NCBI GenBank assembly: GCA_964469155.1
Contig: CAYXXU010000003.1
Span: 24,511-88,510, forward strand
From: an uncultured Bacteroidales bacterium
Lineage (GTDB): Bacteria > Bacteroidota > Bacteroidia > Bacteroidales > CAIWKO01
Reading direction: 5' to 3'
DNA: 64,000 nucleotides
The notes below the pieces were generated by a model. That model was not told where the DNA came from, ran no database searches, and saw nothing but the letters and a program-made list of their open reading frames with translations. Shown one piece after another: positions 9,503 to 17,156 of the stretch. Within the stretch, counting starts at the first letter, position 1. Every line of letters starts with the position of its first letter. Both the position numbers and the translations under genes were made by a program.

Positions 9503-11677
9503 ATGGATGACCCAAAACCACAAATACTTTCCGCCACAAATAATGGCCTTTCTATCTTTGAATGTTACATTCCTGATTTAAAGAAACACGGGCCAGGAAA
9601 AAATTTCCGTGCAATCTTTCGCGATGACGGCCAGAACCCAGATGCCAAGGTGTTTTTCAATCCCCAAGGACAAGTTTGGTGTTATCATGATTTTGTCACC
9701 GCTGAAACACTGAATCCGTTTGATTTTGTAATGAAGTTCTGCAAATGCGATTTCAAGGGAGCACTTGAAATCATTAAGCGTGATTTCAGTATTGATAATA
9801 CCATCCAGATTAAATCCGGAGCGCATCAGGACAATTCCATCAAAGATTTTGCTATCGTCCCTGGAGGTGATTTCAGCTACTGGCTTGATTTTGCTCCTGA
9901 ATCTGATATGGCCAAAATCCTGAGTCGATATAATGTTCAATCGCTGCTTTCATATAAATTCAGGAAAGGCGGCAAAGACTATTCTATCCATTCAGCAAAA
10001 GATGACCCCATATTTGCATTTCCAATTTCACAGGATTGCTGGAAGATTTATCGGCCCCTGGCAAAAGGCAAAAATGCCAAACACCTGTGGCTGGGTAAAA
10101 AACCAAATGATTATCACGACCTCTTTGGGCTGAATCAGCTCCCGGATTTCAGCGATGTCATTCTCATTGTTGAAGGATTGAAGGATGCGATCGTTGCCAA
10201 TGCCAATGGAATTACCGCGGTAGGTGCGGACCATGCCTCTACTAAACTACACGCTACAGATATCGAATCCCTTACAAAGAAATGCAAGCATGTTTTGCTG
10301 TGTTATGATATTGACAATCCGGGAAACAAGGCTTCAGAAAAAGCAGCCAAAGAGCATAGATTGCATAGGTTGATATTGCCTGATTATCTTTTGGAGGAAG
10401 GCGGCAAAGATATTTCAGATTTCTTTTTGCGAAAACATAGTGCAAATGAAATTAGCGAGCTTATTGCCCAAACTGTTAAGCTAAAACCGCAAGCCGAAGA
10501 ATCAGCACAAAAAGAAAAACCGCAACGATTATCAAAGTTTGAAAAAGTGGAAGAACTGATCAATGAAAATTTCGAGCTTCGCTTTAATGAAGTATCCAAT
10601 GAAATTGAGTACCGGCGCAAGGATGACACGGAAAGCGAGTATGATGTTTTGAATGAGAATAATGTTTATCGTTTTCTCCAGCATAATAATATCGAATTCT
10701 CCATGGCAAAGCTAACTTCATTACTGCGTTCTGATTTTGTGAATCGTTTTAATCCTTTCCGGAATTATTTTGAACAACTTACTCACTGGGATCCTGATGC
10801 CGATCCGGATTATATCGAAAAGTTAACCGGCTATTTGTCCGTTAGAGATGGAGAACGTTTCCCCATGCAATTTCGCAAAACACTGGTGCGTGCAGTGGCC
10901 TGCGCACTGAATGATACTATTATCAATAAGCAAGCAATGATCCTGGTGCATGAAGAGCAAAACAGCGGCAAAACAACCTTTATCCGCTGGCTGTGTCCAC
11001 CAGCCCTGAATAAATATATTGCAGAGAATATTTCCACAGACAAGGACAGCTTAATCGCGCTTAGCGACAACTTCATTATCAACATGGACGAACTCGCAAC
11101 CCTGTCCCGAGCGGAGATCAATACACTGAAAAGTATGTTTAGCAAGGAAACCATTAAGATTCGCCGACCCTATGACAAGAACGCTACTTCTGCCCCTCGC
11201 AGAGCAAGCTTTTTCGGTTCTACAAATAAGGCCGAATTCCTGACCGATGAAACCGGCAGTGTCCGCTGGCTGTGCTTTGAACTTACAGGCCGCATCAATT
11301 GGGATTACAAGACAGACCTTAATATTGATGATATCTGGCGGCAGGCCTATTCTTTATACATAAGTGGTTTCAAATACGAACTCACACCAAACGAGATCAA
11401 AGCCAATGAACTGGCAAATCGCCAATACCAGGTAACCACTCCTGAACTTGAGCTTATCCAGAAAAATTACGCCCCCGGTAGCAAAGAACAGCATGATGCA
11501 TTTTACCAAGCTACTGATTTTTTAAACAACCTCACTGAAAAATGTCCCACTGCTCGACTGAATCTGAACAATATCGGCAAAGCTTTAAAAATTCTTGGTT
11601 ATGAACGTGCCACCAAACGTTCTGATAAATACCCGATCAAGGGTTACTTCATCAAGTTTGCTGAAATCGGCAGTTGA
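9503..11677 (+). CDS. Toprim-domain primase fused to a VirE/P4-alpha-like P-loop helicase domain
   Basis: Toprim motifs LIVEGLKDA and CYDIDNPGNKASEKA. C-terminal half has P-loop HEEQNSGKTTFIRWL and a VirE-like region (INMDELATLSRAE, RPYDKNATSAPRRASFFGSTN). Confidence 0.8.
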   Translation: MDDPKPQILSATNNGLSIFECYIPDLKKHGPGKNFRAIFRDDGQNPDAKVFFNPQGQVWCYHDFVTAETLNPFDFVMKFCKCDFKGALEIIKRDFSIDNTIQIKSGAHQDNSIKDFAIVPGGDFSYWLDFAPESDMAKILSRYNVQSLLSYKFRKGGKDYSIHSAKDDPIFAFPISQDCWKIYRPLAKGKNAKHLWLGKKPNDYHDLFGLNQLPDFSDVILIVEGLKDAIVANANGITAVGADHASTKLHATDIESLTKKCKHVLLCYDIDNPGNKASEKAAKEHRLHRLILPDYLLEEGGKDISDFFLRKHSANEISELIAQTVKLKPQAEESAQKEKPQRLSKFEKVEELINENFELRFNEVSNEIEYRRKDDTESEYDVLNENNVYRFLQHNNIEFSMAKLTSLLRSDFVNRFNPFRNYFEQLTHWDPDADPDYIEKLTGYLSVRDGERFPMQFRKTLVRAVACALNDTIINKQAMILVHEEQNSGKTTFIRWLCPPALNKYIAENISTDKDSLIALSDNFIINMDELATLSRAEINTLKSMFSKETIKIRRPYDKNATSAPRRASFFGSTNKAEFLTDETGSVRWLCFELTGRINWDYKTDLNIDDIWRQAYSLYISGFKYELTPNEIKANELANRQYQVTTPELELIQKNYAPGSKEQHDAFYQATDFLNNLTEKCPTARLNLNNIGKALKILGYERATKRSDKYPIKGYFIKFAEIGS

Positions 11678-11679
11678 CC

Positions 11680-11816
11680 TTACTACATTACAACAAAGCT
11701 TTAAAAGACTCGATTATCAATATTTTCATTGTAGTAACCATTTATATTCAACCTTACTACAGGTTTACTACATTACTACAAAAGAGGCGAAATTGTAGTA
11801 AGGTAGTTATGTAGTA
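11680..11816. repeat. Iteron-like cluster of TTACTACA / TGTAGTA motifs (candidate replication origin)
   Basis: At least 7 copies in both orientations within ~140 bp (11680, 11730 inv, 11754, 11765, 11773, 11794 inv, 11810 inv), immediately after the primase-helicase stop codon. Confidence 0.55.
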
Positions 11817-11965
11817 GGTGGGTTTAGTTAGATTTCTTTACTCATCAAATTATCGGCAGCAAATTGCAAAAGGTGCCAGAAATTTGATAATAAAAAAATC
11901 TTTAATCTTAAAACGAGGCATCTTCCTAAATTAATAAATTGTAAATTAGCATAAAACAACAATTT

Positions 11966-12571
11966 ATGGGAGCAAATTACAACAAAATCCTTTCAAGTTT
12001 AATTCTATTTAAAGAAGAGTTAAGGGCAATTGATGAAAAGAAATTTCATGATTTAATTACTGTTCTACAAGAATATAAAATATGTATTGATGATGAGAAT
12101 TGGAATATCCCTGACAAAAAAGAATTAGCAGAAAAATTAAACATTTCCTATTCAAAATCTCTTCTATTATTTAAAGGATTATATGAAAAATTTCTTGAAT
12201 ACTACTCTGATAATATTTTAGAATTCAATGAATTTGAGCAAGAGATTCATATTCATATTCCTTATGAAGAGGAAGAAAAGGACCTACTGAAAAGAAATCC
12301 AAATTATTATTTTAAAAACTCCACATACTTAAAAGTCAAATTACCATTTATTCCGAGAATTGGAGAAGAAATATCTCTTGATTTTATTGAAAGTGGATTT
12401 GGAGCAAATAGAGGCTATGTCCATAATGTACGTCATGTGCTGATGGGTAAAAGACAGATCATCGAAATTATTGTGCATCCATCAGAAGATTATTATCACA
12501 AATGGAAGAAAATGGAAGAAAAATTCAAAGAACGTCAATTATGGTTAAAAAGGATAAAGTCTGAGAAATGA
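11966..12571 (+). CDS. Hypothetical protein (201 aa)
   Basis: Long ORF in the island's coding strand; no motif recognised. Confidence 0.6.
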   Translation: MGANYNKILSSLILFKEELRAIDEKKFHDLITVLQEYKICIDDENWNIPDKKELAEKLNISYSKSLLLFKGLYEKFLEYYSDNILEFNEFEQEIHIHIPYEEEEKDLLKRNPNYYFKNSTYLKVKLPFIPRIGEEISLDFIESGFGANRGYVHNVRHVLMGKRQIIEIIVHPSEDYYHKWKKMEEKFKERQLWLKRIKSEK

Positions 12572-12997
12572 TGAATCCAATGGCATAATTGCAGTTAAAA
12601 ATCGAGGAGATTGAAAACATAACCAAGGTTAATTAAGAGGAATATTGGATAGCACTTAATTTTCTGTCAGCTTTCTATAGTTAAACCTTGCTTTTCTCTA
12701 ACAGCTGTTGGAGAAATAATAAGCCTCTTCATTAGCCCTAAAGAAATGATGACTTGTCACAAAGTTGGTTAAAATTTGTAACAAAAACATAAACACCCTC
12801 AAATTCACTTTGTTCATTATTTCCTCTGTTCACGTTTCGTGAACATTTAAAGAATTTGCACAACTTATGAGTTTCACTTTGTTTTCTCCAAATTTTACTT
12901 TTGCAAAACTCATCTTTCTGAAAAATGTAATATATCAAAAGGATCTTTAGTATAAAAACAGCAATTTTGTTTTAAAAATTCATAAAACATTTGCAAA

Positions 12998-14128
12998 ATG
13001 ATAAAACAAACTTTGAGCCGACAGGAACTATATGATCTGATTTGGTCAACTCCTTTCTCCACCTTGACCAAAAGATACTCAATTACACACCACAAGTTGA
13101 AAAATACTTGTCAGAAAATGGCAATCCCTTTGCCACGTCAAGGTCATTGGGAAAAACTGAAATATAATAAGCCTGTGGAAATTATTAAGCTTCCGGATGA
13201 ATATTTTGGTAAAAACAATGTTACCCTTAATTTGTACGAAGCAGGTGATCAGGTTTCTAAATTAATCCCGTCTCGCCTTATTGAACTAGAAAAGAAGATT
13301 ATCAGAATAGAAGGGCACAAATTGAAAGTTCCTAAAAAGTTGATCGATCCTCATAAGCTAATAATTCCGGTCAAAGAAGCTTTTGAAAAAAACAAAAGTA
13401 CCTATTCTCGTGATGGATTATTCAGGTTCTTATATGGCGAAGTCAATATAAATGTGTCCCTACGGAATTTTGGTCGTGCCCTGAAATTTATGGATACGTT
13501 CATTAAGCTAATGGAAAAGAGAGGTGGTCGAATCTATAATTATGATAGAATGACGCATTTGGAATTCCAAGGAGAAAAAATTCAGTTCCGCTGTACTGAA
13601 AAACGAAATCGGGTGCTTAAGCCGGGAAACCATTCTTGGCCTGAATATGATTATTTTGCATCAGGAATTCTGACATTTCATGTAGTTTACGATTATAAAA
13701 CAATTACCTGGAGAGATGGAAATCTTACAATTGAAAAACAGTTTGCGAAAATAATTGCAGAGATAGATTTGGTATGGGAAAAGTTAAAACAAAAAAGATT
13801 GGATTTGGAAAAATACTGGGCAGAGCAAGCTGAAAAGAGACGTATTGAAGAAGAAGAAGAGCAGTTAGAAAAAGAAAAGCAAAAACGAATAGATAAGGAA
13901 CGTACTGACTTTAAAAAACTCCTTAAAACGGTAAACCGCTGGCACCTTGCCGAGAACCTCCGAAACTATATTAAAAAGGTGGAAGAAAATGCAAAAGGAA
14001 ATAATACCTATTCTGATGATTTTAAAAAATGGATAGATTGGGCCCGTAAAAAGGCTGACTGGTATGATCCTCTTATTTCTTCTGCAGACGAATATTTAAT
14101 TGAAAGCGATTTAGATAAATTGTCTTAA
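12998..14128 (+). CDS. Hypothetical protein (376 aa) with K/E-rich coiled-coil C-terminal part
   Basis: Long ORF preceded by acatttgcaaaATG; segment EQAEKRRIEEEEEQLEKEKQKRIDKERTDFKK. Confidence 0.6.
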   Translation: MIKQTLSRQELYDLIWSTPFSTLTKRYSITHHKLKNTCQKMAIPLPRQGHWEKLKYNKPVEIIKLPDEYFGKNNVTLNLYEAGDQVSKLIPSRLIELEKKIIRIEGHKLKVPKKLIDPHKLIIPVKEAFEKNKSTYSRDGLFRFLYGEVNINVSLRNFGRALKFMDTFIKLMEKRGGRIYNYDRMTHLEFQGEKIQFRCTEKRNRVLKPGNHSWPEYDYFASGILTFHVVYDYKTITWRDGNLTIEKQFAKIIAEIDLVWEKLKQKRLDLEKYWAEQAEKRRIEEEEEQLEKEKQKRIDKERTDFKKLLKTVNRWHLAENLRNYIKKVEENAKGNNTYSDDFKKWIDWARKKADWYDPLISSADEYLIESDLDKLS

Positions 14129-14261
14129 TAAAAAAATTAAGTACTTATTTTTTATACTTTTACTCTTTAATGTTTTTTTTCTTTTGCGCTAAATTTTGTC
14201 AATAATTATTGTATTTGTCAAATTTTAGTTATTTTTGCTTGTGATGTTTTTAAATTTTATT

Positions 14262-15023
14262 ATGCCAGACTCATTAAAGTTCATATCACTAAAAAAACAT
14301 TTTTCTGCAAAGGAGTATATTACAACTTCTGAAATAAGATCCTTTTATCAAAAATCAGAGCCTGGCATTACTGATTCTACATTGTACTGGCGTATTCATA
14401 ACCTTGTCAAATCAGGCGAACTCACACGTATTGGTCGCGGTATTTTTGCTTTTACAAAGCTTTCCGAATTCTCCCACAATTTGCGCAAAGAGGATATTGT
14501 CACCTACAAAAAGCTACATAAAAAATTCCCTTTTACTTCAATATGTATCTGGAACACCAGTATTTTCAACCATTTTATGAATCACCAGTTGTTTAAATAT
14601 TTCACTCTTGTTGAAGTTGAGAGAATTGCAATGGAATCTGTTTTTCATTTTTTAACCGAAACTAAATCTGGTGTGTTGATAGATCCATCATCAGAAATAA
14701 TGGACCGATACGCTGGCAGGGACACCAACACCGTTATTGTAATTCCAATGGTTTCTCAGGCGCCTCTACTGAATCAGAATGGTGTTATTACTCCATCCAT
14801 CGAAAAGATACTTGTAGATATTTTTTGCGACCCTGTGATCTTCGCTGCAGAGCAGGGCAGCGAATTGCCTCTTATCTTTTTAAAAGCTTTTAAACAGTTC
14901 CGGATAAATATTAGCCGTATGCTTCGCTATGCAAAGCGGAGAGGCAAACACGATCAATTAGTATCCTGGCTTAAAGATCATTTGGAATTTCGGCAATTAT
15001 TGGCAAACATTGACAAAATTTAG
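14262..15023 (+). CDS. AbiEi-like antitoxin/transcriptional regulator (type IV TA)
   Basis: N-terminal wHTH with the AbiEi-type signature RIHNLVKSGELTRIGRGIFAF. Sits 3 nt upstream of the AbiEii-type NTase. TATTTTTG box at ~14231-14238 argues for ATG 14262. Confidence 0.6.
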   Translation: MPDSLKFISLKKHFSAKEYITTSEIRSFYQKSEPGITDSTLYWRIHNLVKSGELTRIGRGIFAFTKLSEFSHNLRKEDIVTYKKLHKKFPFTSICIWNTSIFNHFMNHQLFKYFTLVEVERIAMESVFHFLTETKSGVLIDPSSEIMDRYAGRDTNTVIVIPMVSQAPLLNQNGVITPSIEKILVDIFCDPVIFAAEQGSELPLIFLKAFKQFRINISRMLRYAKRRGKHDQLVSWLKDHLEFRQLLANIDKI

Positions 15024-15026
15024 TTC

Positions 15027-16094
15027 ATGATAAATCCTGCAACATATACGGTAGAATGGATCGAATCGGTATCGCGCTCGTTGAATAATGCCGATAGAAT
15101 TCTGGTTGAAAAAGTTATCCGGGCATTGACCTTGTTAACCGAACTCAAAAATCATAAACTCGATTTCATTTTCAAGGGGGGTACTGCACTTTTACTATTA
15201 CTCCCCAAGCCTGCCCGTATGTCAATAGATATTGATATCATCCTTCCTCCTGAAAATAAAAATCCCGACGATATATTTAATTCAATGGTGTCAAAAGGCA
15301 TCTTTACTCATTATGTTCAGCAGGAAAGACACGTTGATTCTTTGATTGAGAAAGCCCATTACAAATTTTTCTATACTCCGGCATTTAAAACTTATGGCGC
15401 TGAAGATAATATCCTGCTTGATATCCTTTATGAAAAGAATCCTTATTCCATAATAAATCAAGTGCCCGTGAACACTCCTTTTTTGAAGTGGGACGCTGAA
15501 CCTGTTTCTGTATCTGTTCCGGGTATTGAATGTATATTAGGCGATAAACTCACCGCTTTTGCCCCCAACACCACAGGTGTTCCATACTTTAAAAAGGAAA
15601 CCAGCATGAGCATGGAGATTATCAAGCAGCTTTTTGATATTGGTCAATTGTTTGATTTTGTTAATGACTTACCAGCAGTTGCTGAAACCTTCTACCTTAT
15701 TGCTAAAAACGAACTTTATTACAGAAAACTGAAACAATTCACTCCGGCAGATGTTCTGGAGGATATTTTCCAGACGGCTCTGTGTCTGTCGTTGAGAGGT
15801 GCTGCAGGTAAAGGTGATTTCGTGCAGTTGCAATCCGGTATTGGAAGGCTGAAAGCGATGATATTTTCTGAAAACTTCATCCTCGAAAAAGCAATTATTG
15901 CTGCATCCAAAGCTGCTTATATTTCAAGGTGTATCGCTTTTGGTGGCAATTCTTTTGAAAAATTCGATGATGCAATGCCCATGCACGACTGGATTATTCA
16001 GCAACCCTTCGAAACTAAACTTAACAAATTGAAAAAATCCTTGCCTGAAGCTTTTTTCTATTGGTATCATGCTCTAAATCATACAAATAAATAA
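15027..16094 (+). CDS. AbiEii/AbiGii-family nucleotidyltransferase toxin
   Basis: NTase signature FIFKGGTALLLLLP...ARMSIDIDIIL, typical of the DUF1814/AbiEii family. Confidence 0.8.
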   Translation: MINPATYTVEWIESVSRSLNNADRILVEKVIRALTLLTELKNHKLDFIFKGGTALLLLLPKPARMSIDIDIILPPENKNPDDIFNSMVSKGIFTHYVQQERHVDSLIEKAHYKFFYTPAFKTYGAEDNILLDILYEKNPYSIINQVPVNTPFLKWDAEPVSVSVPGIECILGDKLTAFAPNTTGVPYFKKETSMSMEIIKQLFDIGQLFDFVNDLPAVAETFYLIAKNELYYRKLKQFTPADVLEDIFQTALCLSLRGAAGKGDFVQLQSGIGRLKAMIFSENFILEKAIIAASKAAYISRCIAFGGNSFEKFDDAMPMHDWIIQQPFETKLNKLKKSLPEAFFYWYHALNHTNK

Positions 16095-16105
16095 CATTAA
16101 TCACC

Positions 16106-17116
16106 ATGGCTACCAATAAACACGCCACCATTCGTTATCAGGCTCTTGACCGTTGCTTTCGCAACCCAGGGCGCAAATACTTCATCGAAGATTTGATAGA
16201 TGCGTGTAATGATGCCTTATCTGACTATTATTTCAAAGGCGATGGAATTAAGCGCAGGCAGATTTTTGATGATATTAACTTCATGGAAAGTGAGCGGGGT
16301 TATTCAATCCCCTTGGAAAGGCATAAAGATGGGAAAAGAGTGTATTACCGTTATTCTGATTTGAAATTTTCCATAAATAGTCAACCTTTAAATGAATCAG
16401 AAGCTGGCCAGTTAAAAGAAACACTCCTTTTACTTTCACGCTTCAAAGGAATGCCTCAATTTGAATGGGTCGATGAAATGGTAATTCGCCTGGAATCGGC
16501 TTTTAAATTAAAAGGTCATGATATAAAGGTGATTGATTTTGAACAAAATCTTGATTTAAATGGCCTTAATTTCTTTGGTCCTTTATTTAATGCGATAATT
16601 TACAAGAAAGTCCTTTCGATAGAATACAAGGGGTTTAAACAGCGAAATGCTGTCACTTTTACCATCAGTCCCTATTTTTTAAAACAATACAATAATCGTT
16701 GGTTCTTATTCGGGTTCAATCCTGCTATCAATGCAATTTCAAATCTTGCAATAGACAGAATAATCAATATTGAAGAAGCAAAAGCAATGTTCAGGGAGAA
16801 TACTGATATTGACTTTAATGAATATTTTGATGAAATAATCGGTGTTACTCTTCCTGCTAATTCAAGTCCTCAGAAAATAAGAATTAAAGTCAATAAGGAG
16901 CTTTGGCCATATATTGAGTCCAAACCATTGCACATGTCACAAAAGAAAAAAGAAACTACTGCTGATTATGTTATAATAGAATTGAAACTCATTATCAATT
17001 TTGAGCTGATTTCACTTTTATTTTCTCATGCAGATGGTATTACAATCCTTGAACCAGCAAGTCTGGCAGAGGTGTTACAGAATAAAGCAAAATCATTAAT
17101 TCAAAATTATTTATAA
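16106..17116 (+). CDS. WYL-domain transcriptional regulator (BrxR/CapW-like)
   Basis: N-terminal wHTH (RYQALDRCFRNPGRKYFIEDLIDA) and WYL-type core ISPYFLKQYNNRWFLFGFN. Lies directly upstream of the defence operon. Confidence 0.75.
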   Translation: MATNKHATIRYQALDRCFRNPGRKYFIEDLIDACNDALSDYYFKGDGIKRRQIFDDINFMESERGYSIPLERHKDGKRVYYRYSDLKFSINSQPLNESEAGQLKETLLLLSRFKGMPQFEWVDEMVIRLESAFKLKGHDIKVIDFEQNLDLNGLNFFGPLFNAIIYKKVLSIEYKGFKQRNAVTFTISPYFLKQYNNRWFLFGFNPAINAISNLAIDRIINIEEAKAMFRENTDIDFNEYFDEIIGVTLPANSSPQKIRIKVNKELWPYIESKPLHMSQKKKETTADYVIIELKLIINFELISLLFSHADGITILEPASLAEVLQNKAKSLIQNYL

Positions 17117-17156
17117 CCTATGCAGATGTACCGCACACATACTATTCATCTTTGCA

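Noticed and set aside
9378-9581. 67-aa plus-strand ORF spanning the hairpin and the primase start
   Set aside because: Overlaps the terminator-like hairpin (9459-9494) and the 5' end of the well-supported primase-helicase ORF in another frame.
15027-16094. AbiEii-type nucleotidyltransferases (here and 46802-47569) as the missing cyclic-oligonucleotide synthase for the CARF proteins
   Set aside because: Their motifs (GGTAL..DIDI) are those of the DUF1814/MNT toxin NTases, not CD-NTase or Cas10 palm domains. They also have their own upstream partner genes. The idea is kept only as a remote possibility.
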